Source: a virus (taxonomy: Duplodnaviria > Heunggongvirae > Uroviricota > Caudoviricetes). Taken from it: 7,229 nt of DNA. The translations under genes were made by a program, and so were the position numbers. Under the pieces are notes generated by a model that was not told the origin of the DNA, searched no databases, and saw nothing but the letters and a program-made list of their open reading frames with translations. Position 1 is the stretch's first letter. Every line of letters starts with the position of its first letter. The stretch lies in IMG/VR virus record IMGVR_UViG_2675903368_000012; one strand, given 5' to 3'. Positions 1 to 7,229 of this stretch are shown here, one piece after another.

Positions 1-2112
<2,112 letters not shown>

Positions 2113-2118
2113 AGTGAT

Positions 2119-2484
2119 TTACTTCGTCATGCCATTCAGGGTGTCGCGGCAGACTGTAGCCAGCCGCTGAATTTCCAGCACGGTGTCTTCTGTGTCGGCA
2201 TGGCGATGTGTGATGCGGATGCTGTCGGCAATCACATCGACGATTGCAGAGGATGGGCGCTGGTAAATGCCAATAACGGACGGGGTGCCACCTTCAATGC
2301 GGTAAAGCCTGCAATTTCCCTCGTGGCTGTCAATCATGTAGCGACCATCAATAACAATCTTTCCGTCAGCGAGCTGCGGTACAGGCAGGGATTTCAGGTA
2401 CATGTCATAACGATCACGCACGCGAGCGGCAAGATCACGCTCTGTGTTGAGCAGGTATTCAAGAAAGTCGTTGGCGAGAATCAT
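2119..2484 (-). CDS. Hypothetical phage early protein, 121 aa, immediately upstream of gene A
   Basis: ORF with a GAGGA Shine-Dalgarno about 8 nt upstream of the ATG at 2484. Its TAA stop lies 6 nt before the gene A ATG, suggesting translational coupling. No family recognised. Confidence 0.7.
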   Translation of the reverse strand: MILANDFLEYLLNTERDLAARVRDRYDMYLKSLPVPQLADGKIVIDGRYMIDSHEGNCRLYRIEGGTPSVIGIYQRPSSAIVDVIADSIRITHRHADTEDTVLEIQRLATVCRDTLNGMTK

Positions 2485-2556
2485 TGCGGCAATCCTCTTG
2501 TTACAGATGTGCGAAGGCCTCCCGCCGCAAGGTGCAGGAAAGGCCCGGAACAGGAA

Positions 2557-2787
2557 TTAATGGAGTTTGTTTTGCTGCTGGATGAGCTGTTGAAGCTCGT
2601 GCAGATCATCCGCCAGATAGCTGAAAACAGAGGCGGAATAAATGTTTGATAGTGCGTGGCTGCGCTCATGCAACATATTGATGTGCATGATTTGCGCGAC
2701 GCGTGATGCGCGGGAAAGTCTGCGGTTGATTTCAGTCTGGATGTGACGACGCTCCGCGATAGCGCGGTGTGGTTTGCGGTTTGCCAT
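2557..2787 (-). CDS. Hypothetical small basic protein, 76 aa, first ORF after the structured leader
   Basis: ORF MANRKPHRAIAERRHIQTEINRRL... with C-rich third codon positions typical of enterobacterial coding sequence. A possible SD (AAGGGG) sits 8 nt upstream and is embedded in a hairpin arm. An overlapping alternative frame (the 205 aa ORF in the track) is low-complexity and was rejected. Confidence 0.5.
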   Translation of the reverse strand: MANRKPHRAIAERRHIQTEINRRLSRASRVAQIMHINMLHERSHALSNIYSASVFSYLADDLHELQQLIQQQNKLH

Positions 2788-2925
2788 GGTGTGGCCCCTT
2801 GTGTAGTAAGTTGTGAAAACTCACCATCCAGAGCTGCGAAACTGTGGGTGGCGAGACGTACGAGGTTCGCAGTACCGGCTACACAAGAACCCGGCCCGAC
2901 CGAAGTCGGCCCCGTACGCCCCGCC

Positions 2926-2954
2926 ATAATTCTGACGCGAAAAAAACGTGGCAA
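2926..2954 (-). promoter_or_regulatory. Candidate sigma70 promoter just downstream of the terminator, for the 76 aa / 121 aa / A module
   Basis: Minus strand reads TTGCCA (-35, 5/6 to consensus), a 17 nt spacer, then AATTAT (-10, 4/6 with A2 and T6 present). Predicted start near nt 2919, at the base of the cUUCGg hairpin. Sequence-only call. Confidence 0.3.
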
Positions 2955-2964
2955 TACAGAACGC

Positions 2965-2987
2965 ACAAAAAAACCGCTGGCGCGGTT
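2965..2987 (-). terminator. Rho-independent terminator for minus-strand transcripts leaving the 99 aa gene
   Basis: Read on the minus strand: stem AACCGC / GCGGTT (6 bp, 4 GC pairs) with loop GCCA, followed directly by a run of 7 T. On the plus strand the same hairpin is followed by GTGCG with no T-run, so it is unidirectional. Confidence 0.55.
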
Positions 2988-3109
2988 GTGCGCTTGTGTA
3001 GTCAGCAGGCTGCGAAACCCGGCACCCGTTTTGTGAGGTGCAGCGGAAATGTAACCTGACTGATTGCGGCATGGCAAGCGGTTTTTTTGTGTGTGCATGT
3101 TCTGGTTTC

Positions 3110-3409
3110 TTAGTGGTTCAGAAAAAAATCAAAAACCTTGTCAATGCGTTGCAGCAGCTCTTGCTGTATTGCTTTCGGCGTTTCCGGTTCGCCTGGCGCC
3201 TCCAACGTCGCGCAGAAATCCTCGATTTCATGACGGAGCGTCAGGCGAATGGCGAGAGGTGTGGTTCTGGCGTGCTCCAGCTCATCCAGCAGCGCCAGCA
3301 CAGCAGACGGCGAGAGCATTGCGCGAAACGCCAGTAATTTTTGAGGCGTTGCCATTCGTTGCAGGTCAGTCGCCAGTTCGCGTAATTCCTGGTGGTTGAT
3401 GGCGCTCAT
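3110..3409 (-). CDS. Hypothetical helical protein, 99 aa
   Basis: ORF whose ATG overlaps the stop of the upstream 81 aa gene (ATGA overlap at 3406-3409). TAA stop at 3110-3112. No family recognised. Confidence 0.7.
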   Translation of the reverse strand: MSAINHQELRELATDLQRMATPQKLLAFRAMLSPSAVLALLDELEHARTTPLAIRLTLRHEIEDFCATLEAPGEPETPKAIQQELLQRIDKVFDFFLNH

Positions 3410-3651
3410 GCTCTGGCTTCCTTCAGTAGCTGGTTAAACGTGTTGGTAAGTGGATTGCCGCACCCGAACGGCATCGGGTTTATCTGGTAAGAAAAGCGAC
3501 CGCCTGTTTTGCGCTCTTTTCTTATGACTGAACCGCTGCGCCAGAGTCGGCGTAACTCCGCATTAATGGCTGTGGTTGGAGTATTCAGTGCTGCGGCGAT
3601 TTCTCCACCGCTACACCCCGGATTGGCGGCGATATAGTCCAGAATGGTCAT
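3406..3651 (-). CDS. Small winged-helix regulator, PapI/FaeA-like, 81 aa
   Basis: N-terminal pattern ILDYIAANPGCSGGEIAAALN...LRRLWRSGSVIRKE matches the PapI/FaeA signature as I recall it (IL..L....G....EIA.AL......L..L...G.V.R). ATGA overlaps with both neighbouring genes. Confidence 0.7.
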   Translation of the reverse strand: MTILDYIAANPGCSGGEIAAALNTPTTAINAELRRLWRSGSVIRKERKTGGRFSYQINPMPFGCGNPLTNTFNQLLKEARA

Positions 3652-3851
3652 CTGCGTGACTCCTGTACCTGTCGGATAAGGTTCACCCGCACCACATTCG
3701 TGGCGCAGAAGTAAGTGCCGTCAGTGAGATAGATGTGATGTGCATCCTTTTCTGAACGGTGTTTGTCGATTGTGGTAATCAGGCGTTCGTCGACTTCGTA
3801 TTCACGCCCTCTGGAGGTAAAACGAACGACAGGAAAATGCTTAATTGCCAT
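3648..3851 (-). CDS. Hypothetical protein, 67 aa
   Basis: Strong SD (AAGGAGG) 5 nt upstream of the ATG at 3851. Stop overlaps the start of the next gene (ATGA). No family recognised. Confidence 0.7.
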   Translation of the reverse strand: MAIKHFPVVRFTSRGREYEVDERLITTIDKHRSEKDAHHIYLTDGTYFCATNVVRVNLIRQVQESRR

Positions 3852-3937
3852 TACGCCTCCTTGGCGTGTGCGAATACCTCCGCGAATGCGGATTGTTTTT
3901 ACATTTTCTTATTTAATCTGTGGTTTTATTTGCTCTG

Positions 3938-4051
3938 TTATTCGCCAGTGAAAAAGCGTTCAATCTTTTTTATTGAATGAATAATTCGCATAATCCCAAT
4001 AGCGCAGGCCACCGAAATAATCAGAACAAGCCATGAGATAAATATACTCAT
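3938..4051 (-). CDS. Small hydrophobic peptide, 37 aa (MSIFISWLVLIISVACAIGIMRIIHSIKKIERFFTGE), not in the ORF track
   Basis: ATG at 4051-4049 overlaps the TGA stop of the 80 aa gene (ATGA). About 20 hydrophobic residues followed by a basic tail, i.e. a single-pass membrane peptide. TAA stop at 3938-3940. Confidence 0.4.
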   Translation of the reverse strand: MSIFISWLVLIISVACAIGIMRIIHSIKKIERFFTGE

Positions 4052-4290
4052 GCGATATTCCCCAGCTCATACGGTTCAATATGTTCCCCGCATTCTGCGG
4101 CACAGATCAGCTCGGAAAGTTCGTTAAGTGCATCCAGATCATCAGCGTAAAAAGCCACGTCATACAGACTTCGGATTGCTCTGGTCAATGAGTCACGGGC
4201 CGCACGTTCAGCATGAGCGCCTGATACACTTAAGCGAAAATAAAAGCGCTCAAGTGCTTTGTTAATGAGAGTTTTATATTCTTTGCCCAT
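4048..4290 (-). CDS. Hypothetical protein, 80 aa
   Basis: ORF with an AGGG SD-like element 7 nt upstream, starting 11 nt after the stop of the 94 aa gene. No family recognised. Confidence 0.65.
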   Translation of the reverse strand: MGKEYKTLINKALERFYFRLSVSGAHAERAARDSLTRAIRSLYDVAFYADDLDALNELSELICAAECGEHIEPYELGNIA

Positions 4291-4301
4291 CGCAACGCCC
4301 T

Positions 4302-4589
4302 TTAATCTGCTTTCTGAATTTCAGTTTCTGAATCCATACAGATAATTTCGATATAGGGTTTATCGCCATTAACCTGACGAGCCTTTTCAGCTTCGCTAAT
4401 GATTTCGCGTACGGTCTGGTACGGAAGTTCCACGATCAGTCGCGTGCCGTTCAGATAAACGTAAGTGGCTTCGGCGGCTCCGTTTTTCCCCGCCGGAGCC
4501 ACTCCATCAATAGCGGATGCGCGTAATAACAGTTCACCGCGAAAATCAATAAAGCGGATAAATACACCTTGAGTATGGTCTTTAGTCAT
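4302..4589 (-). CDS. Hypothetical protein, 95 aa (internal ATG of the 115 aa track ORF chosen as start)
   Basis: ATG at 4589 is preceded by AGGTG at 7 nt spacing and lies 10 nt after the TAA stop of the 113 aa gene. The longer 4649 start would overlap that gene by 50 nt. Confidence 0.65.
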   Translation of the reverse strand: MTKDHTQGVFIRFIDFRGELLLRASAIDGVAPAGKNGAAEATYVYLNGTRLIVELPYQTVREIISEAEKARQVNGDKPYIEIICMDSETEIQKAD

Positions 4590-4599
4590 AAAGCACCTG

Positions 4600-4941
4600 T
4601 TATAAATCAGCCTGTTTAATAAAACTCTGTCCACGCAGCAGACGATCAACCGTGCGAAGCGCTTCGTATAATGTGAAATCCTGCCCGAACTGATTGTCGC
4701 CGCTGCTCAGAGCAAAAATGCGGTTTCCGGTAAACGGATTGCGCGGGCATTTGTGGACCACGATTCCAGCTTTCTCAATCAGCCAGGCATGCTCGCCGAT
4801 TTGTTTTACTGGGTAGCCATCCGGCGTTGCGTGTGTATCACTCAGGCTGTAGCGGATGTTGCTGCGTGATGCACTGGTAGCAAAACGGTTAGCGTGGCGT
4901 TCTGCACCATTGCGAAAGCGTGAATTACGTTGCTGTTTCAT
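4600..4941 (-). CDS. Hypothetical protein, 113 aa
   Basis: ORF starting 1 nt after the stop of the upstream 35 aa ORF (TAA-c-ATG), consistent with termination-reinitiation. No family recognised. Confidence 0.65.
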   Translation of the reverse strand: MKQQRNSRFRNGAERHANRFATSASRSNIRYSLSDTHATPDGYPVKQIGEHAWLIEKAGIVVHKCPRNPFTGNRIFALSSGDNQFGQDFTLYEALRTVDRLLRGQSFIKQADL

Positions 4942-4942
4942 G

Positions 4943-5050
4943 TTAAAGACTCTGTACAGATTTAATTATTCCGGCATAGAGGCCGAACTCAAAATATTTG
5001 CGATTAAATCGCATCGCATTGTTTTCACGTTTTGCGGACTGCTGGTTCAT
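4943..5050 (-). CDS. Small ORF, 35 aa (MNQQSAKRENNAMRFNRKYFEFGLYAGIIKSVQSL), not in the ORF track
   Basis: GGAGG Shine-Dalgarno 9 nt upstream of the ATG at 5050. Its stop is 1 nt before the ATG of the 113 aa gene. Contains a perfect 13 bp palindrome GCGATTAAATCGC at 5000-5012. Confidence 0.4.
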   Translation of the reverse strand: MNQQSAKRENNAMRFNRKYFEFGLYAGIIKSVQSL

Positions 5051-5100
5051 TTTCGTTTGCCTCCGCACATGAGAATTGCGCCGCTTAAGAGGTAACCGAA

Positions 5101-5125
5101 GTTAATTGATAGTATTACAATTAAC
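5101..5125. promoter_or_regulatory. Perfect 8 bp inverted repeat GTTAATTG-N9-CAATTAAC, candidate operator
   Basis: AT-rich palindrome in the 143 bp gap between the membrane-protein gene and the 35 aa ORF. No T-run follows on either strand, so it is not an intrinsic terminator. Confidence 0.3.
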
Positions 5126-5193
5126 ATAAGGTCCAATTTGTCCATGCCACACATAATTACCCTCATTGCAGTAGTTGTGGGTTGTCAGGTTTC

Positions 5194-5400
5194 TCACCCG
5201 ATAAACCAGATAACAAACGCTATCAACATCGCCCCAATAGCTGCCGGGAAAAGTCCTTTGGTATAAGCGGCGATATATTCAATGCTGAGTTCAATAAAGC
5301 GTTCTTTATGTCCCGTTAACTTGCGAAACAAATAGATCTCTATTACGCCTATCTCAATAAAAACAAGGGTCAGAATGGCGCTGATGATATGGCTGGTCAT
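5194..5400 (-). CDS. Small membrane protein, 68 aa, two predicted transmembrane helices
   Basis: ORF directly downstream of cox (cox stop at 5407-5409). Two hydrophobic stretches (ISAILTLVFIEIGVIEIYLF and LFPAAIGAMLIAFVIWFIG). SD is weak. Confidence 0.55.
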   Translation of the reverse strand: MTSHIISAILTLVFIEIGVIEIYLFRKLTGHKERFIELSIEYIAAYTKGLFPAAIGAMLIAFVIWFIG

Positions 5401-5406
5401 TTATGA

Positions 5407-5694
5407 CTAAAGTCCCAGCCACAACAACCATGCGTCGCGGCGTTCTTTCGGTTGCTCAAAAAACGCTTTGCGCATGCCTTCGTTAAATGCTGGCAGATAT
5501 ACCCAGTTTTCTGATGCACGCGTCTTTACTGAACCTGGTTTCACAAAGTCAATTGTTGGTAGCTTTGCTGCGTCAATCATGGTTCTGACTGTGGATTCCT
5601 TGCGGCCGATCATCTTGGCGAATAGTTGATATGGCACCGCTTCAAGTGGATATGGTGCTACCTGAATGAACCCCCCAAGCTCTGATTCGCTCAT
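5407..5694 (-). CDS. cox: Cox/Apl-type excisionase and transcriptional regulator (P2 Cox-like), 95 aa
   Basis: First gene of the leftward early operon, divergent from the repressor gene. HTH-like segment AVPYQLFAKMIGRKESTVRTMIDAAKLP. C-terminal WVYLPAFN...PKERRDAWLLWLGL matches my recollection of P2 Cox. GGGAG SD 9 nt upstream. Confidence 0.8.
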   Translation of the reverse strand: MSESELGGFIQVAPYPLEAVPYQLFAKMIGRKESTVRTMIDAAKLPTIDFVKPGSVKTRASENWVYLPAFNEGMRKAFFEQPKERRDAWLLWLGL

Positions 5695-5823
5695 TGTGGT
5701 AATCTCCCTAATTCGTTCGAATGGCTCAAAATGGCTTATATCGGCTTATTTGAGTGTTTTTATGTTTGTGCCCGATGTGGCATGTTGTGATGGAGGATAT
5801 GCCCGATATGGCATCTTTGTCAA
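5695..5823. promoter_or_regulatory. Repressor/cox divergent switch region with candidate early promoter Pe and operator repeats
   Basis: Direct repeats TGCCCGAT(G/A)TGGCAT at 5769-5783 and 5800-5814. On the minus strand, a perfect TTGACA (5823-5818), an 18 nt spacer and TATCCT (5799-5794). Three 10 bp-phased GGCT units at 5723-5726, 5733-5736 and 5743-5746. Confidence 0.5.
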
Positions 5824-6128
5824 GCATGGGTGAAAAATTTCGCCTGATTCGTGAAGCAGAAGGTATGACCCGCCAGGAGTTTGCGGATTGTGTTGGGCTG
5901 CCTTATGGGACGGTAACTAACTATGAGGTGAGGGGGAAGCAAGTAACAGAGGGTGCCTTACTTAAGGTTACGAAACACCCTAAATTTAAGAAGTATGCTT
6001 ATTGGTTATCAACAGATGAAACGATGCCGGAGGTCGGGCAAATTTCTCCGGCTCTCTCTCTTGATGGTTCCTGCAATTCGGAGGGAGATCGCGTTTCAAC
6101 CGAAACAATCCAAAAATTATCCCGCTGA
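5808..6128 (+). CDS. C: Immunity repressor, P2 C-type, 106 aa
   Basis: Conserved segments GLPYGTVTNYE, KHPKFKKYAYWLSTDE and GQISPALSLDG match my recollection of P2 C (GVPYGTLSYYE ... PQFTKYTLWFMTNQ ... GQIAPALA). GGAGG SD 11 nt upstream of the ATG at 5808. The track ORF's 5754 start is a GTG with no SD. Confidence 0.85.
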   Translation: MASLSSMGEKFRLIREAEGMTRQEFADCVGLPYGTVTNYEVRGKQVTEGALLKVTKHPKFKKYAYWLSTDETMPEVGQISPALSLDGSCNSEGDRVSTETIQKLSR

Positions 6129-6224
6129 GGCCAGAAAACTGGTTAGACCTGCTTTTTGTCTGGTCTGATTATTGCTGGAAAGAGGCTGGAGAAATTGTAG
6201 AGCGGTTCATTGGAGGGCTTCGTA

Positions 6225-7229
6225 ATGTCGATTAAGAAGCTCGAAGATGGTCGTTATTTGCTGGACATCAGGCCGAACGGACGCAAGGGAAAGCGCGTGC
6301 GTAAGGTATTTGACAAAAAATCGGTAGCGGTGGCCACTGAACGCTACATCATGGCGAACGCTGAAAAGCGGAAATATATACAGGGCTACCGTGATCGTCG
6401 AACGCTAAATGATTTGCTTGAGTTGTGGTGGATGTATCACGGCCAGCACAGGCGTAAGGCGGAAGAAGACCGAAAACAACTGCGCAACATAATCAATGAG
6501 CTTGGCGCTGATATGCAGGCTGTGGATCTTGATAAGCTGAAAATTATCGCGTGGCGTTCTCAAAAGATAGCTGATGGATTGAAACCGTCATCTGCTAACA
6601 GGTACATGAATCGGTTATCCGGAATGTTTACCGTGCTGAAAAAAATAGGTCTTTGGGATGCAGAACATCCAGTAAGGGGAATTTCTATTCTTTATGTATC
6701 TCCACGAGAAATGGCGTTCCTGTCACAGAAGGAAGTGGCGCTATTGCTCGATACACTGGAGGGCGACTACTGGCGTGTTGCGCTTTTGTGTTTAAGCACA
6801 GGGGCGCGCTGGAGTGAAGCTTGTAAGCTTCGTGGTGAACAGATAGTTCATAACCGTGTAACGTTTCTTGAAACCAAAAATGGCCGGAAGAGAACAGTAC
6901 CAATTTCGCAGGCAGTTTGTGAGGCGATCAAAACCAGAGAAACAGGCGGCTTGTTTGAGGTGAAGTACCGGGAATTCTGCCTGGCGCTGAAAAGAGTTAA
7001 GCCCGATTTACCAAAAGGCCAGGCTGCACATGTGCTGCGGCATACGTTCGCCAGCCATTTTGTGATGAACGGAGGAAACATTATTGCGCTTCAGAAGATT
7101 CTTGGTCACGCAACCATTCAGCAAACAATGGCATATGCGCATTTTGCACCGGATTACCTGCAGGATGCGGTGGCCCTTAATCCGCTGAAAGGTGGCGTAA
7201 GTGTCCACGCAGTGTCCACGGGGGATTAA
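6225..7229 (+). CDS. int: Tyrosine integrase, P2 Int-like, 334 aa
   Basis: N-terminus MSIKKLEDGRYLLDIRPNGRKGKRVRKVFDKK parallels P2 Int. Catalytic-domain motifs LSTGARWSEA, HVLRHTFASH and LGHATIQQTMAYAHF. GGAGGG SD 7 nt upstream of the ATG at 6225; the track ORF starts at an upstream TTG. Confidence 0.9.
   Translation: MSIKKLEDGRYLLDIRPNGRKGKRVRKVFDKKSVAVATERYIMANAEKRKYIQGYRDRRTLNDLLELWWMYHGQHRRKAEEDRKQLRNIINELGADMQAVDLDKLKIIAWRSQKIADGLKPSSANRYMNRLSGMFTVLKKIGLWDAEHPVRGISILYVSPREMAFLSQKEVALLLDTLEGDYWRVALLCLSTGARWSEACKLRGEQIVHNRVTFLETKNGRKRTVPISQAVCEAIKTRETGGLFEVKYREFCLALKRVKPDLPKGQAAHVLRHTFASHFVMNGGNIIALQKILGHATIQQTMAYAHFAPDYLQDAVALNPLKGGVSVHAVSTGD

Larger units (their letters stand above)
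2798..3018. repeat. Three copies of a bipartite motif CTTGTGTAG ... CTGCGAA(A)C: two direct, one inverted
   Basis: Plus-strand CTTGTGTAG at 2798-2806 and 2993-3001, each followed by GCTGCGAAAC (2833-2842 and 3009-3018). The inverted copy is TTCGCAG at 2866-2872 and CTACACAAG at 2879-2887. Spacers between half-motifs are 26, 7 and 6 nt. Confidence 0.7.

Noticed and set aside
3062-3090. Possible plus-strand terminator (T7 run at 3082-3088)
   Set aside because: The only stem available before the T-run is 4 bp with 2 GC pairs (TTGC/GCAA). This is too weak to call, and it supports the minus strand as the transcribed strand here.
2481-3098. 205 aa minus-strand ORF spanning the structured region
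   Set aside because: Its frame runs through the terminator hairpin and repeat motifs and gives a Ser/Thr/Arg-rich low-complexity product. The alternative 76 aa frame has better codon pattern and an SD. Its stop does form an ATGA overlap with the 121 aa gene start, so a short real C-terminal ORF in this frame cannot be fully excluded.
3038-3399. Plus-strand ORFs 3038-3337 and 3064-3399
   Set aside because: Antisense to the 99 aa minus-strand gene, which is supported by translational coupling to its neighbours. No SD, implausible composition.
3759-3980. Plus-strand ORFs 3759-3980 and 3763-3951
   Set aside because: They overlap the 67 aa gene and the AT-rich gap on the opposite strand, lack an SD, and translate to Phe/Cys-rich low-complexity sequence.
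4856-5095. 79 aa plus-strand ORF
   Set aside because: Antisense to the 35 aa ORF and the 113 aa gene start. No SD, and the sense-strand signals are stronger.
5953-6168. 71 aa plus-strand ORF overlapping the repressor gene out of frame
   Set aside because: The repressor frame matches P2 C. The alternative frame has no start context and runs into the intergenic hairpins.
6685-7208. Minus-strand ORFs 6685-6903, 6848-7081 and 7008-7208
   Set aside because: Antisense to the integrase catalytic domain, whose conserved motifs fix the plus-strand frame.

Overview
This window reads as the lysogeny-control and early/replication region of a P2-family temperate phage or prophage in an enterobacterial-type genome (about 50% GC). 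It runs exactly from the stop codon of a rolling-circle replication gene (P2 gpA-like, minus strand, nt 1-3) to the stop codon of a tyrosine integrase (plus strand, nt 7227-7229). On the right, a P2 C-type repressor and the integrase are read on the plus strand. Divergently, on the minus strand, lie a Cox-like excisionase, a small membrane protein, and then a chain of tightly packed small genes (35, 113, 94, 80, 37, 67, 81, 99 aa). These are followed by a Rho-independent terminator, a roughly 320 bp structured non-coding region with a triplicated bipartite sequence motif, and then a 76 aa gene, a 121 aa gene and gene A. No P2 B-like (about 166 aa) helicase-loader gene, CRISPR array, tRNA, transposase or large defence-type gene is present. 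The most unusual signal is the repeat-rich structured leader between the 99 aa gene and the replication module, which looks like an RNA-based control element gating the replication genes. All homology statements come from reading the translated ORFs and recalling P2-family proteins; no database search was run. Small-ORF calls are supported only by ribosome-binding sites, coupling geometry and codon pattern.
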